NCBI RefSeq assembly: GCF_006345805.1
Contig: NC_043010.1
Span: 40,982,001 to 41,046,000 of the forward strand
Direction: 5' to 3'
Origin: Octopus sinensis
Taxonomy: Eukaryota
DNA length: 64,000 bases
Below are positions 23,561 through 38,364 of this stretch, piece after piece. The notes beneath the pieces are model-generated. The model saw nothing but the letters and a program-made list of their open reading frames with translations, searched no databases and was not told the origin of the DNA. Made by a program: the position numbers and the translations under genes. Position 1 is the stretch's first letter; the number at the start of each line of letters is the position of its first letter.

Positions 23561-24689
23561 TTCTATTAACATTTAAGAAACAAACCCTGAGTTTTCAATA
23601 ATGATGCCAAGAGAATGACTTCGGAGATAATATTTTTTGTATGATTTTGTTGTTGCTGTTATTGTTGTTGTTATTACTATATACCCCCCCCCCTCAACCA
23701 CACGTCCATTCCATTGCATATTCACAAGCAGTAAAAACTTTCAATGCCAAACACATTCATAAAACACAAATATTTACGCATTGAAACGCAAGATGATATT
23801 ATACAAACACTTTAAACACACCACAGAGCAATGCACACATACATTATATATATGTATATATATTGTGCAGTGGCGTACAAGCGCGGACAGTAATGTAAAC
23901 TAATTTTCAATTTAATATAAACATTTTAATGTAATACACACAAATGGATATACATCTTAAGTAAAAGAACAATTAGGTCCAGCTGTAGGATATTGGAAGG
24001 AGAAAACGATATCAAATGCTTATCACTGAATTGTATAACTCCTTAATTTCGCTAAGTCAAGTGTGACCGAGAAAAAGTTCCTTCTCCCTGCATGTGTATA
24101 CATGTATATGTAAACACACAAACACACACATTATATATAAATAATGTCGTATTCTTATTTATACAACACAATATATGCACACACACACACACACGTAAAG
24201 ATGCACAGAGATAGGGAAATAGTCATAAAATTGACATACTTACATGCTTATGTGTATATATATCATATATATACATACACACAGAGACATATATAGAGAT
24301 GTGTGTGTGTGTGTGTCTGTGTAACAGATATGTAAAATATGTAACATATAATCATATAGATTAACAAACACAGATAGAAATACACATATTTACACAGAAT
24401 CTCACATTTCAATATTCAACTATAACCTTGATTGAACTAGAAAACAACATACGATATTTATGAAGATAATAAAGATGTGGAAAGCAAAATGATATATTAT
24501 TCGTGGAAAATAAACATGTTCCAAGCAAACAAATTAAAAACATATCAACAGAGAATTAAACAAACAATATTCTATGTATGCACTCTCTTGTATTGAAGCA
24601 TTTCTTCCTGTATTCCAATCAAGCAGCTCGGAGATGGAATTGGCAAATCCAATTTTAGATATATTATTGAATAAAGACATGTGTATGTA

Positions 24690-24695
24690 TATATT

Positions 24696-24750
<55 letters not shown>

Positions 24751-24832
24751 ATATATATATATCTGTGAATATGTTATGTATGTGCATATGTATATATATA
24801 TATCTGTGAATATGTGTATGTATATGCATATG

Positions 24833-24868
<36 letters not shown>

Positions 24869-25057
24869 ATGTATATATCATACATATACATATATGTATA
24901 TATTTTATGATACATATATACATATGTATATTTATATATGCATACACATATGTATATATATACACATAAGTATATATGTGCATATATAATATATATATAT
25001 ATACAAATATATACATATGTATGTATATATATACATGCATATATATATATATGCATA

Positions 25058-25092
<35 letters not shown>

Positions 25093-25194
25093 GTATATAT
25101 ATGTATATATGTATATCTGTATATATATATATATATGTATATCTGTATATATATATGTGTGTGTATATATGTATGTATACATATGTATAAATGT

Positions 25195-25226
<32 letters not shown>

Positions 25227-25326
25227 AGTATACGTATATACATATATATGTATATATATACGTATATGTATATAAATGTATGTATGTATATGCATATACA
25301 TACGTATATATATGTGTGTATATATA

Positions 25327-25358
<32 letters not shown>

Positions 25359-25385
25359 GCGTATGTATTTATTTATATTATATAG
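24690..25385. repeat. Compound (TA)/(TG) microsatellite field
   Basis: Direct reading; similar fields at 25770-26030, 26410-26900, 28300-28550, 29845-30430, 42430-42660, 50990-51400 and 56880-57350. Confidence 0.92.
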
Positions 25386-25889
25386 AGGGCACTATTACAC
25401 ATAGATGCCTCACGCTAGGAGGGACTCATAAAGTCAAAACTACTAAAATAAATAAACACATCGTACCGAACCCAATTCTCGAAGCAGGTCATTTAAAAAC
25501 AGAATTTAGTCGCATATCACACTGTGATTTCGTAATCGGTGCAGTTTTATGCACTTTTTACTCCTCAGTGCAAGCATAATTCAAGATATAAAGTGAATAA
25601 GCAAAAACAACATACCAGACGAAAACTATCGTAACCAACGCAGCATGTAGAAATGTTTACCCCTTACTCATCTATGTAAATGGCGGGCTTTTTCGAATTG
25701 CATTTCGGTAACAACGTGCATATTCGGAATAAAGATTCAATATTGATTATACTCCGGTTAAATTTAAATTGTACATATATATATATATATATGCATATAT
25801 ATATATATATATATATATATGTGCATATATATATACACATACAAACATGTGTCTACATGTGCATATATGTATATATATGTTTATGCATG

Positions 25890-25930
<41 letters not shown>

Positions 25931-26042
25931 ACATATATGTATGTATGTGTGTGTGTATATATATATGTATGTATGTATCTATGCCTATATATACACCTAT
26001 TTTGCGCATGTAAGTGTGCATATATAGATATGCGTCTTATAG

Positions 26043-26208
26043 GCGCTGGAATGGCTGTGTAGTAAGTAGCTTGCTTACCAACCACATTGTTCCAGGTGCA
26101 GTCCTACTGTGTAGCACCTTGAGCAAGTGTCTTCTACTATAGCCTCGGTCTGACCAAATATTTGTGAGTGGATTTGGTAGAAGGAAAACTGAAAGACGCC
26201 CATCGTGA

Positions 26209-26252
<44 letters not shown>

Positions 26253-26410
26253 TGGTGTGGCTGTGTTTGTCCCCCAATATCACTTCACCACCGATAATGG
26301 TGTGTTTACGTCTCCGTTACCTGGCGGTTCAGCAAAAGAAACCAATAAACTAAGTACTAGGCTTACAAATAATAAGTGCTGGAGTCGATTTGATCGACCG
26401 AAGTCGGTTC
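26043..26410 (+). mobile_element. tRNA-derived SINE, family A
   Basis: GGCGCTGGAATGGCTGTGTAGTAAGTAGCTTGCTTACCAACCAC... with an internal expanded (TA)n. Confidence 0.85.
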
Positions 26411-26648
26411 TCCATATATTTATGTATGTATATTTGTATATTAATGTATGCATATATATGTATGTTTATATATGTATGTGTATATATATGCACATATAAG
26501 TATACATCTATACACATGTATATACGTATCTATATATACGTATCTATCAGGATATATACATATATATATGTATATCTATGTATATATATATGTATATATA
26601 TATGTATGTATATATATATGTTTATGTATATATATGTGTATATGTACA

Positions 26649-26719
<71 letters not shown>

Positions 26720-26904
26720 ATACATATGTATATATATATTATATATATATATATATATATGTGAATGTATATATATACATATATACACATGTATATATAA
26801 TTATGTATATATACATGTATATGTATATATACTTATGAATATATATAATGTATATATATATGTACATATATACATATATACATATATATGTATGGGGAAG
26901 AATT

Positions 26905-27085
26905 CACAAAAAAACAAAAGATGAAGACATGGTGGAGACAACAAACAGATGTATTAGTATAACGCTAGGGAAGTGAGAAAGTCTGTGACGTTTTGAGCCT
27001 ACGCTCTTACACAGAAACGAACAGAGAAAGAAATAAACACAGAAACTAAAGAATGCGTAGTGGCTAGCAATCTATCATGGCGAAG
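26905..27085 (-). mobile_element. Second copy of family E repeat (hammerhead core more decayed)
   Basis: Minus strand ...CTGTGTAAGAGCGTAGGCTCAAAACGTCACAGAC...ATACTAATACA...TCTTTTGTTT aligns with 13588-13790. Confidence 0.65.
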
Positions 27086-27278
27086 GCCGGACAGAAGGTT
27101 ATGTATATATACATATATATAGATATATATCTATATATACATATATATGTATATATACATACATATGTGTGAGTGTGTATATATAAATGCATTATTTTAT
27201 GTTTCAGTCAAATGACTGCTGCCATGCTGGAACACCGCCATTATATATATGTGTGTGTCTGTGTGTGTATGTGTGTGT

Positions 27279-27505
27279 AGGCGCGTGGCTTGGTGGTTAG
27301 GGTCTCAGCACTATCATGGTAAGATTGTGGTTTCGATTCCTGGACAGGGCGACGCGTTGTGTTCTTCAGCAAAACACTTCATTTCACGTTGCACCATGCA
27401 GCTGGCAAAAATGAGTAACGCTGCGATGGACTGGTGTTCCGTCCAGCTGGGGATAGAAACCGAGAAACCGGGCCCATGAGCCTGGCTAGGCTTTCAAAGG
27501 GCTCA
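27279..27505 (+). mobile_element. tRNA-derived SINE (family C-like head)
   Basis: GGCGCGTGGCTTGGTGGTTAGGG...GGTTTCGATTCC...TTGTGTTCTTCAGCAAAACACTTCATTTCACG; related heads at 32548-32820 and 36140-36250. Confidence 0.7.
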
Positions 27506-27874
27506 TTTATTACCTATCTATCCATATATATATATATATATACACACACACGTCTATATGTATACATATATACGTATATATATGTATATATTCATATATA
27601 CATACAAATAGGTATACATGCATGTATACATACATATATGTATAGATACATGTATATACACATTTGTATATATAAATGTATACATAAAAGAAGGATAACC
27701 ACTAAGTGGACATCCATTATGCTAGAAGTCGACCCTCTATGGTCTTACCACTAAGAAAGTAATGTGCTCAAGAAAATTTAGCAAATGCCAGAACGTAAGC
27801 AAAATGGATGTCCACTTAGAGGTCATCCCTCTTCTATATATGTACTATAATTTTTCTGAATCTTCAGATTTTTC

Positions 27875-28290
27875 TATATGTGTGGTAAGTAGCTTGCTTT
27901 TAGCAACCACATGGTTCCGGGTTCAGTCCCACTGCGTGGCACCTTAGGCAAGTGTCTTCTACTATAGCCTCGGGCCGACCAAAGCCTTGTGAGAGGATTT
28001 GGTAGACGGAAACTTAAAGAAGCCCGTCGTATATATGTATATATATATGTATGCGTGTATGTTTGTGTGTGTATCTTTGTGTGTCTGTAGCATTTTGTGT
28101 CCCCTAGCATTGCTTGACAACCGATGCTGCTGTGTTTATGTCCCCGTCACTTAGCGGTTCGGCAAAAGAGACCGATAAAATGAGTACTGGGCTTACAAAG
28201 AATAGGTCCCGGGGTCGAGTTGCTCGATTAAAGGCGGTACTCCAGCATGGCCTCAGTCAAATGACTGAAACAAAGAAAAGAGTAAGAGTA
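27875..28290 (+). mobile_element. tRNA-derived SINE, family A
   Basis: Near-identical to 40387-40790, including the GGCGGTACTCCAGCATGG...GACTGAAACAAAG tail. Confidence 0.88.
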
Positions 28291-28305
28291 TATATATCTC
28301 ACATA

Positions 28306-28390
<85 letters not shown>

Positions 28391-29329
28391 CGTGTAAATG
28401 TCTATGTGTTTATGTATATATGCATATATTTGTGTGTATATATGTATGTACATATATACATTGATATATATATAGACATGTGTATATGTTTGTGAAAATG
28501 TATTTGTACGTAAACGTTAGTGTGTGTGTGTGTGTGCGTGTGTATGTGTATTGTTGAACAAGTTGTCTTACATCACATATTCCCTGTGTGAACAAAAGGA
28601 TACACAGTTTATATTTATTTATAGACGAAAACAGAAATTATAAATGAATGGTCGCGGAGAAATATTTATTTACATGATATTAATTTCTCAATTTTGGCCA
28701 GCTGACAGATTGCCGTGGTAAATTAAATTTTAGTTTTTGCACTTGATTTGACCTTTAAATATGTATAGAGGGAAAATAAAATATTCTATAAACACTTGTA
28801 TTTATTGTAGATAATATAGATTTGCATTGTATTTTGCGTATATGACGCATAGTCAATATTGAAATTTAATGGTCATTTAAAAAGAGGATTTCTAGCAACG
28901 TTAAAGTGGGTTATATGTGTAGCTGTTTGTGTGTGTTCGTTGCTATATACATGCATAGCAATAAATAACTAGTAATGGTTCCATAAAATTCTTTGTATGA
29001 TATGGTTTTTGGCAATGTGACAACGAGTCATGGTTGTATACTAATAATCTTTTCTGGGCGGAACACACACAGAATAAGGAAAAATAATCGGCGATTTAAG
29101 AGATTTGATTAATATCGACCAAAACGTTTTCTCGGCAGATACGAAGAGAAAATAGGAGCAAAATAAGATATATACACGCTTGAATATACACTGAAATGTT
29201 GAAGTATATGTGTGGGTTTGTATAAACACACGCACAAACATAGTGTATATGCATATATACATGTGTATACACGCGCGCACGCATTCATGTGTATATACAT
29301 ACATACATATACCTACTTGTATAAATACA

Positions 29330-29530
29330 CATACATATCCCTACTTGTATATATACACACATACATATCCCTACATGTATATATACACACATACATATAC
29401 ATACATGTATATAAACACACATACATATACATACATGTATATAAACACACATACATATACATACATGTATATAAACACACATACATATACATACATGTAT
29501 ATAAACACACATACATACATGTATATAAAA
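29330..29530. repeat. 30-bp minisatellite (TACATGTATATAAACACACATACATATACA), about 6 copies
   Basis: Direct reading. Confidence 0.85.
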
Positions 29531-29659
29531 ACATACATATACATGCATGTATATATACATGCATGTATATATACATGTGTATATACATATGTATATATAT
29601 ATATATATGCATATATACATATGTATATATATATATGCATTATATATATATGCATAAAT

Positions 29660-29840
29660 ACATTCCATTATTCTTTTCTCATTTGTCTGCGGCCAAACTG
29701 GAACACCGCCTTGAAGGGTTTTTCAATCAAAGAAATCAACATTTGGAATTATTTTTTGTATGCCTAGCACTTACGCTATTGGTCTCTTCTGCTCACCCGC
29801 TAATTTGCGGTGACGTAAACGCACCTACATCGGTTGTCAG
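29660..29840 (-). mobile_element. 3' half of a family A SINE
   Basis: TCTGCGGCCAAACTGGAACACCGCC...CGCTAATTTGCGGTGACGTAAACGCACC is the reverse complement of the family A tail. Confidence 0.65.
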
Positions 29841-29924
29841 GTGATATATATATATATACATGTATGTATATATATGTGTGTGTGTGTGCACTTGTATATG
29901 TATATGTACACTTGCATGTATATA

Positions 29925-29978
<54 letters not shown>

Positions 29979-30215
29979 TGTGTGTGTATGCGTGTATGTA
30001 TATATATATATGTGTGTGTGTATGTATATATATATATATATGTATATGTGTATGTATATATATATATATGTATATGTGTATGTATATATATATATATATA
30101 TGTATATAAATATGTATATATATGTGTGTGTGTGTATATGTATATATATATAAATATATATGTATATAAATATATATATAAATGTGTGTGAATATATACA
30201 CATATATATATGTAT

Positions 30216-30260
<45 letters not shown>

Positions 30261-30472
30261 GTGTGTGTATATATACACATGTATATATATATAAATGTAT
30301 ATATATATATATAATGTGTGTATATATATATGTGTGTATATAAATATATATAAATGTGTGTGTATATATATATATATATATATAAATGTATATATATATA
30401 TTTATATGTGTGTGTCTGTGTGTGTGTATATAACAAAATAAATTTGTAAGATACCGCACGAGTGGAAATATA

Positions 30473-30983
30473 TATGAAAGAAGGTTTGAAGATGCAATTT
30501 TAAAGATCTTTATCCACTTGACCGGTTTCACTTTTTTAGAAAAAGATTGTCGAAAGTAAATTGCAAAGCGTTGTATGAGCTTTGTTGTGTTAAGTACTGG
30601 TTGTCACAAAAGTATTAAAAATAGATATTCATTCTTTAATAATATTAAGAAAATAATCAGAACGGGACTCCAAACAGTGTTTTGAGTTCAATAAAAATCA
30701 TGTTTGTTTAGTAGTATATATATATATACACACAGAAGGAGATATATTTAAGAATTTACAAAAAACTGTTGAGTAATAACTGACATGTAGGTACACACAA
30801 GACAAAATGTCAGAAAGGCAAAGTGTGTATATCTGTATTTTAATACGCATGTGACAACCAGTACTTAACACAAAAAGCTCATACAAAGCTTTACATTTTA
30901 CTTTTGACAATCTTTTTCTAAAGAAGTGAAACCGGTCAAGTGAATAAACATCTTTAAAATTGCATTTTCAAACCTCTTTCATA
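30473..30983. mobile_element. MITE with about 155-bp terminal inverted repeats, flanked by TA
   Basis: 30475-30630 (TGAAAGAAGGTTTGAAGATGCAATTTTAAAGAT...GTACTGGTTGTCAC) is the reverse complement of about 30830-30981. Confidence 0.88.
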
Positions 30984-30997
30984 TATATATATAATAT

Positions 30998-31040
<43 letters not shown>

Positions 31041-33385
31041 TATTTAAAGACTAATGTATAATTCGATTTAATCAAAACATGTTGAGGCTGCTATTGCGCA
31101 TAGATAAATTATAAAGTGGCGCTAAACATCGTGGTAAGAAACTCTCAAGAGAGCTGAACAGTAGTGGGTCTTCAGAGAAGAAATCCCGCTCAGGCAAGTG
31201 TTTTGGCATTTAACTTTCTCAGAGTATATGTACCGAGGGCAAAAATAAAGGGACTGCTAGTATAAAAAAAAACTCACAAATAATGAAACTGGCATGTAAC
31301 TATCTTCTTTATATGTCCACACACTCCAAATATCTATATATTATTAAATAGTACAACACTTATATGAATTATATATATATTAAATGACTTTATTATGAAA
31401 TATGATTATATATATATAATTAATGGTAAGGTTTTTTTCTGTAGATATTTTCATTAGAAAATTCGACAAAATATTTCAACGAGCGCACATGGGAGTAGCG
31501 TATCTTCTTCGTACATTTATTTTAGATGTGATTCCTCGTATATCGTAACTAAAGTTTTATATATACTTGGACATTGCTAAAATACTTTTAAACTGCTCTT
31601 TAATTACAAATGATTCTTAAATGTTTAATCTGAAGCACACAAAAGAGCAATGATCAAAATGTAGGCGAGCGTAATTATGACTAAAGCATACACGTACACC
31701 CAAACATTGAAAGACATCCACTGCAAAACAGTCACGTGGATCAATGTGTAAGAAAAACCACACCGCTTGTCTACGAATGATGTCCCTGGACAGCGTTGTC
31801 ACGCTTCAACAGTTACGGACACCGAATCCATCGTTCATAGCCCATTAAGAACTGCTATTCTTACACTTGAACAGAAATTACTAAAACTTGCTGGTGTGTG
31901 TAAAGCTTTATCAAGCTGGAATTGATTGATTATAGACACACTAAGCACTGCTTGGTGATTAAAACATGGTTGTGTACAATTATATTTAACCCGTTCACAT
32001 ACACTTCAAATGTGAGAAATTTTTTTATTGGGGATTTTGTCTAGTGAAAACAATTTTCTAAATGTCTGTTATGGAAGTACGAACAAGGATGAATGCGAAG
32101 TATATAGAGATTTATGAAGCAATTGAAGATTACGTAGATATATAGATTATCTTATGTACTGCAAGAAGGATATTAAAACTACATAGAAAATAAATACAGA
32201 ACGAAGAACATAATACGAATATATTTGATTTGTGGATGACGAATCCATTGCATATTATGTAAATTTATATAGGACTTAGTGCAGTGTAGGTTGAGATTAG
32301 AGAAATTTGGGGTTTGTGAATTTCTTGTAGTTAAGGATTAAATTTCAACTACACATATTTACACTCGCAGAATATCTATACAAACAACTTCATAAAAGAC
32401 ATTTCCCATACATGTATACACACACACATAAATTAGCAAACGAAAACAAACACACACATTTTCATACAACATTCCTCGCATTGCTATATATTTCTTCTTT
32501 CTACTTGAAATAATAAATACATTTCAATGGTGACTATGAGTCATGTGAGGGTGCATGGCCTGGTGCTTGGGGACGTGGGGTTTGCTCAGAATATCGTGAA
32601 TTCAGTTCTCAGACTGAGTGTGGCATTGTACTTTTGAGCAAAACATTTTATCTCGCGTTGCTCGGCGATCACTTCGACGCCTGACGCGTGGTAAACCGTA
32701 CACCTGTTCAGGTAAAGTCGATTTTATGGAGAGTGTGAGCTAATGTAGAACACATAAGTTTGATCACTGTAAACAAAATCATTTGTGCTGATTGTTCAGC
32801 AAGAAATTGCAGAAGCTTCTTTCTCAGACTACGGAAGACCACAGAGACCACAATTATGAGTAGAATACCAAAACATCAGCTACTCTATATTTATAAAAAC
32901 CTTTGTGTTTTTAATGAATTTCCAACAGCAAAAACTAAAAACCTATTTACGACCGCAACCTGACAGTAGATAAAAGACATTAAAACAATACCAATCAAAA
33001 AAGAAAACAAGGAATAGTTCTCTACTTCTTGAACTTTTATAGAATTATCTCATACACACACAAATAAAAACTCTGGATTTACTTTCAATTTGAATAGGCC
33101 TTGACCCGAGTGAAGCATGTCACAGTCAATCAAAATCATATGTATGCATATATATATACATATATATATACGCATACGCAAACATATATGCATAAATATA
33201 TGCATATACAAACGTATACATACATATATACATATGCAAACGTATACATACATATATACTCATAAATAAGCATATGTTTTATATTTACACATATCTATAA
33301 ATACGCATGAACGCACTCATATATATATATACGTTTATATATTTGTTGTGCAAGATTTTTTATGTTAAGTCGTGTGTTGAAACAG

Positions 33386-33773
33386 ATATTGTTATATTTC
33401 GGAATGCTCATTTTGCCAGTTTAGCCAATAAAAACACACGCACTATATATTTGGTGTTACTTTGATTCAGTGTTATTTTTTTTTTCAGTGTTATTTATTT
33501 TTTACATTAATCTTAATCTTATTTCGGCCAGAGTTCTTTCGTCACACTCTTGTGACCGCATCAGTGGTCCTTTGTTTTCTTCTTTCTTATTTGTGTCTCT
33601 CCTTACTAACCGTCAGCCATTTTGTATTTCTATAATAAGATTAAGTTTAATGTAAAAAATAAATAACACTGAAAAAAAAAAAATAACACTGAAGCAAAGT
33701 AATACCAAATACATAGTGCATGTGTTTTTATTGGCTAAACTGGCAAAATGACCATTCCGAAATATAACAATAT
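33386..33773. mobile_element. MITE/foldback element with about 135-bp inverted arms
   Basis: ATATTGTTATATTTCGGAATGCTCATTTTGCCAGTTTAGCCAATAAAAACAC... pairs with ...GTGTTTTTATTGGCTAAACTGGCAAAATGACCATTCCGAAATATAACAATAT. Confidence 0.88.
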
Positions 33774-33777
33774 ATAT

Positions 33778-33823
<46 letters not shown>

Positions 33824-34818
33824 CACACACCCAGACAGTCGCACACAAGCTGATATTCGACGAATTCAATTTTTTATAAAAAGAAATGGCACTTGTGCAA
33901 TATTTTGATATTTAACTATTCTTTGATTTGGATTTATAAACACATTGAAATATCATATATATATAATACAACTACTTTTAGATATGTATTCTGAAGACAC
34001 GAGAGTATCTTCAGTGTATATACTTTTTTATTGAAACCAAGATATATTTCCTATTTTCGTGTGAATTCCTTGCAATTTTCTTGAAACGAATATCCCCAAA
34101 CTCATCAATATTTCTAATCTTTCTTAGTCCCATCTAGATGAAGTGATGCTGGTATATGTTGCTTCTCATATTTGTAGGTAAGGTCAATGTGATTTGCGCA
34201 GAAGTAACTGACAGAATTTCAATAGTTGACCATTTAGATTTATTCGCCATCCGTTTTTAATTCCCTGAGGAAGGTGCAAGGAACTCTTAAGAAAATATGG
34301 AAACCTGTGTTACAATAAGACAAAGCTGGAACACTATTTTACTTTCAATACTACATGATATATATAACCACATACATATATATATATACACACACACACA
34401 TATATATATACGCACAAATCTTACTCTAACAAATTTAATGTTTTATATATATATGTATATATATATATATTACTGATTTAATACTTTAGCAACTTCACTC
34501 CGTTTTCGCTAATTCAGTTGTTCAATAGTAGAACTATTAAATTTGCGAAAACAGGGCTTCTTTGCTAAAGCATCACTATATTCGCTCTACGGTTTTCTTA
34601 GATCCCTATTGAAATCCATTTCGGATTTCTGGTCTCCATGATCCAACAATTTTTATATATATATATATCATTATATAGGAGCACGTTTGACACAAGTAAA
34701 CATTTATACCCTGTGTAAATACAGTAAACGTTTCAATATTAAACCAGTACTTATAAACGCTTAATGGTTGTGTGCGTGAATTAATAGATGTGCATATCTA
34801 TATATAATTTTGTACACG

Positions 34819-34862
<44 letters not shown>

Positions 34863-35144
34863 ATATACCTGTTTCTATGAAAGCCTATTTATACATACCT
34901 GATTGTGTATATTTACGTGTAAATGTTTTCTATTACGTTTGTATGCGACAGTGTTTATATATATATCTATATATACGTCTGTGTGCACGCGCGCGTCTAA
35001 GTATCCGTAACAGGAGAAATTGAATGGATTTTGCATATCAAATATGCTAATTATGTATAATCCGATGTATTAAACTGATATGATATTAAAATATAATGAT
35101 GGTTTATTAATAGACTGTTTTGCGTATCACTATAGAAGTGTGTG

Positions 35145-35232
<88 letters not shown>

Positions 35233-35298
35233 ATGCTGAAGGGGAAATATGCAATGTGTTCGTTCTAAGTACTAATATAAATAATACAAATATGGTGG

Positions 35299-35704
35299 AC
35301 TAGCACAATGACCCGGCGTTGCCGAGTCTAGTGCTAGTGCTTGTTGTTCGTTGCCGGATCGCAGTAAAAATTTCTCACTAAATCAAGAGCTAAGTTTCTT
35401 ATCACATTTCAGCCCAGGCCAGTTTTGTTGTTTATGAGTCAGTTGGAGCTTTGTATGAGAGTAATTAATATTCATTGGACTTTGGCAATGCCCATATGCT
35501 TATAACTTATGGGCATAAAGGGTTGGTTTTATCGATTTTTTAATGGCTTTCTGGGGTGACCGGGGAAATGAAAAGATCTTCACGATCACCCTCAAACACA
35601 TTTAAAAGCCCATAGAAAATGCGAGCCTTTTACGTGAAAAACTGTGGATTTGTATAAAGGACACACAGGTACACAGACATTTTGCCGTTTATAGATATAG
35701 AGAT
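35299..35704 (+). mobile_element. Helentron-associated (HINE/DINE-1-like) non-autonomous element
   Basis: Starts ACTAGCAC...CCCGGCGTTGCC...GTGCTAGT (5' inverted repeat) and ends ACAGACATTTTGCCGTTTATAGATATAGAGAT; same terminal style as 53911-54436. Confidence 0.55.
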
Positions 35705-36289
35705 TATTGTAAGCTAATGAGTTGGGAAACTTAGTTAAGACTTCCCGGCAAAACACATTCACTTTAATTTTAAAATCTAAAATCCAAAGCATGTTAGATA
35801 GCTTTATTAAGATCAGAAGTAAATTTATATATTATATACTATAAATCACCAGTGTGGGTTAATTAAAAATTAGTCTATTAACGTTCCTTCCAAACTCCTA
35901 ATGAGCGGGAAAATATGACGGAGTCTTACGACGAACAGTCTCGTAGCTCTTCAATCACTGGACAGAGAAGATGCTAGCCTTCCTCCCTTCCTTTCTAAGG
36001 TGACGGTCAACTATCCATGATACAATCCACCTGTAGATTCCCTTCCTTCTTTTATACATCAATAGGGCAGAAAGAATATACTTACATTCTTATTAAACCC
36101 ACAGTAAGGCTTTATAATATTTGTAATTTAATTTAGGTAGAAAAGCTTGACCTAGTAGTTAAGATGCTGAACTCGCGGTCATAAGATCGTGGTTTTCTTT
36201 CCCAGATCGGGTGGCGAGTTGTGTTTTTGAGCAAAACACTTCATTTTGCGTCCCATCCAAAGGGGTGCTACAATCTCGGTTGCTTACAC

Positions 36290-36623
36290 GCCATAGAAAC
36301 CGAGTAACCTATGTGCACAAAGACAACAGTTTCAACGCTCGATGTGAGTGAATATTTGGGGAATATCTGAGACCATTCCGGTCGTATGATAGGTGTTGGT
36401 ATCGCTGTTAATCTCATCTGGCCGGCAAGAGCGAGATGCGTCTTGAACCGATACATTTCTTGATTTAAGTCCTGTAAACATTTCTGACTCGAAGGTTCCA
36501 CAAGAGCAGTCTCTCCGTACACAGCTCATATCTTCCTGCAGGTTTCCGTCGCTTTCTTGCTTTTTTTTTTTTTTTTTTATCAGAAAGCGTAAGGTGTCAA
36601 TAATGTTCCTTTTGACTCTCCAT
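36290..36623 (-). mobile_element. Mariner transposase N-terminal (HTH) relic
   Basis: ATG at 36623 gives MESQKEHY*; then ATETCRKI*AVYGETALVE and VQDASRSCRP, matching recalled mariner MESQKEHFRH...ATETRRKICAVYG...DxxRSGRP. Confidence 0.7.
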
Positions 36624-37195
36624 TTTCAGGGTGGTTCCAAATAAACAAATTACAACTTGTCTCACCGCAAGTTCGTGTTGAACTACGTTGAAGTGTCAAG
36701 TATCTAACGAGTGCTCATGTGCAAAGGACAGGCTGAAGTTAGCTACTTGTTAGAGTGCTTGAAGCTTGGTGTCGACAAAAACCGAGCGGACTTTCGGGCC
36801 AACCCAATACACACACACACACACTCGGAATATCAAGTATATGAATTAGATGAATGCGTGTGCATTGCTGAAGATACGAGCTGCTGTTAGACATTTCATA
36901 TTTACTTGTTTCAGTTAAAGACTGTAGACATGCTGGAGCAACACATATTTCATAAAACGTTAATCCTTCATCTTCAGGGTTTGCTGTTTATCTTTATATA
37001 ACATATCTTTTACAATTCTGTTTCTTGATTAATATTTTTACTGTTGCCCAATAAATAGGGTTGTGACTAGATGAGCTGTTAAAGCGTCGGTATTTAAGAC
37101 AATGAGGACAAACCCGCACAGGAAGCAACTTTGTTTTCAATCATCCAAGATCGTTAAAATCAGGACTTCTGAAAACTAGGAGGCGATTGTTGTTG

Positions 37196-37230
<35 letters not shown>

Positions 37231-37231
<1 letters not shown>

Positions 37232-38190
37232 GATATGGCGGCGAGCTAGAAGAATCGTTAGCGCGTTGGACGAAATGCTTAGCGGTATTTCGCCCATCGC
37301 TACGTTCTGAGTTCAAATTTCGCGGTGGTCGACTTTGCCGTTCATCCTTTCGGGATCGATAAATTAAGTACCAGTTGCGTACTAGGGTCGATCTAATCGA
37401 CTGCCCCCCTCCCCAAAAATTTCAGGCCTTGTGCCTATTGTAGATAGGTTTATTATTATTAATAATAAGGTGGCGTACTGCGCCAGACAAAATCCTTAGC
37501 AACATTGTTTCCGGCTCCTCACGTTCTGAGTTCAAATTCCGCCGTTGTCGACTTTACCTTTCATCCTTTCGGGGTCAATAAAATAAGTACCAGTTGAGGA
37601 CTAGGGTTAATGTAATTGACTACTCCCCTCCCATAAAATTTCAGGCCCTTAGCCTATAAAAGAAAGAATCATTAAGTTAGGAAGCTTGCAAAATCGACAG
37701 AGTGTCGAACAAAATGCTTCAAGGCTTTTTTCTGGCACGTTACATTCTGAATTCAAATCCCTCTGCGGTCAATTTTGCTTTTCGGGGTTGAACCCCGCAG
37801 TAGATATAACTAACACCCTACCCAAAAAATTTCTAAAGTTTGAAGCCCTAAAGAACGAAGTGGCGGAATCGTTAGGACGCCGGACAAAAATGCTTAACGT
37901 AATTTCTTCCGGCTTTACGTTCTGAGTTCAAAATCCGCCGAGATTAACTAAGGTTTTCATCCCTTCTGAATCAATAAAATAAGTACCTGTTGAGGGCTAA
38001 GGTTAATGTATTCGATTAGCCCCTTACCCACAAAAGTTTCAAGCCTTGTACGTTTTGTAGAAAGGATTATTATTATCATATGGCGGCGGACTGTCGACAG
38101 CAGAATTGTGAGTTGACGATTAAAATGCTTTTCTGTATTAAGCTTCATCGGATTATTTCTTTTAATAATTCCGAACTGACTGTCTTTCAT
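37231..38190 (+). mobile_element. Five head-to-tail copies of SINE family B joined by (ATT)n tails
   Basis: Units start at about 37231, 37467, 37674, 37851 and 38080; the first four share ...AAATGCTT...TTCTGA(G/A)TTCAAA... and the fifth is a degenerate head. Confidence 0.85.
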
Positions 38191-38307
38191 CTTATTCTGA
38201 TCCTGCGCATATATCTCAGCGTGCGTGCAGGTTCATATATGTATATATCGTTAAAAATATATATCTATTATATAGATTTATATAATGTAAATATATATAC
38301 CCACACA

Positions 38308-38364
<57 letters not shown>

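Noticed and set aside
31778-31800. RE1/NRSE-like half-site GGACAGCG
   Set aside because: The left half-site is absent, and such a short match is expected by chance.
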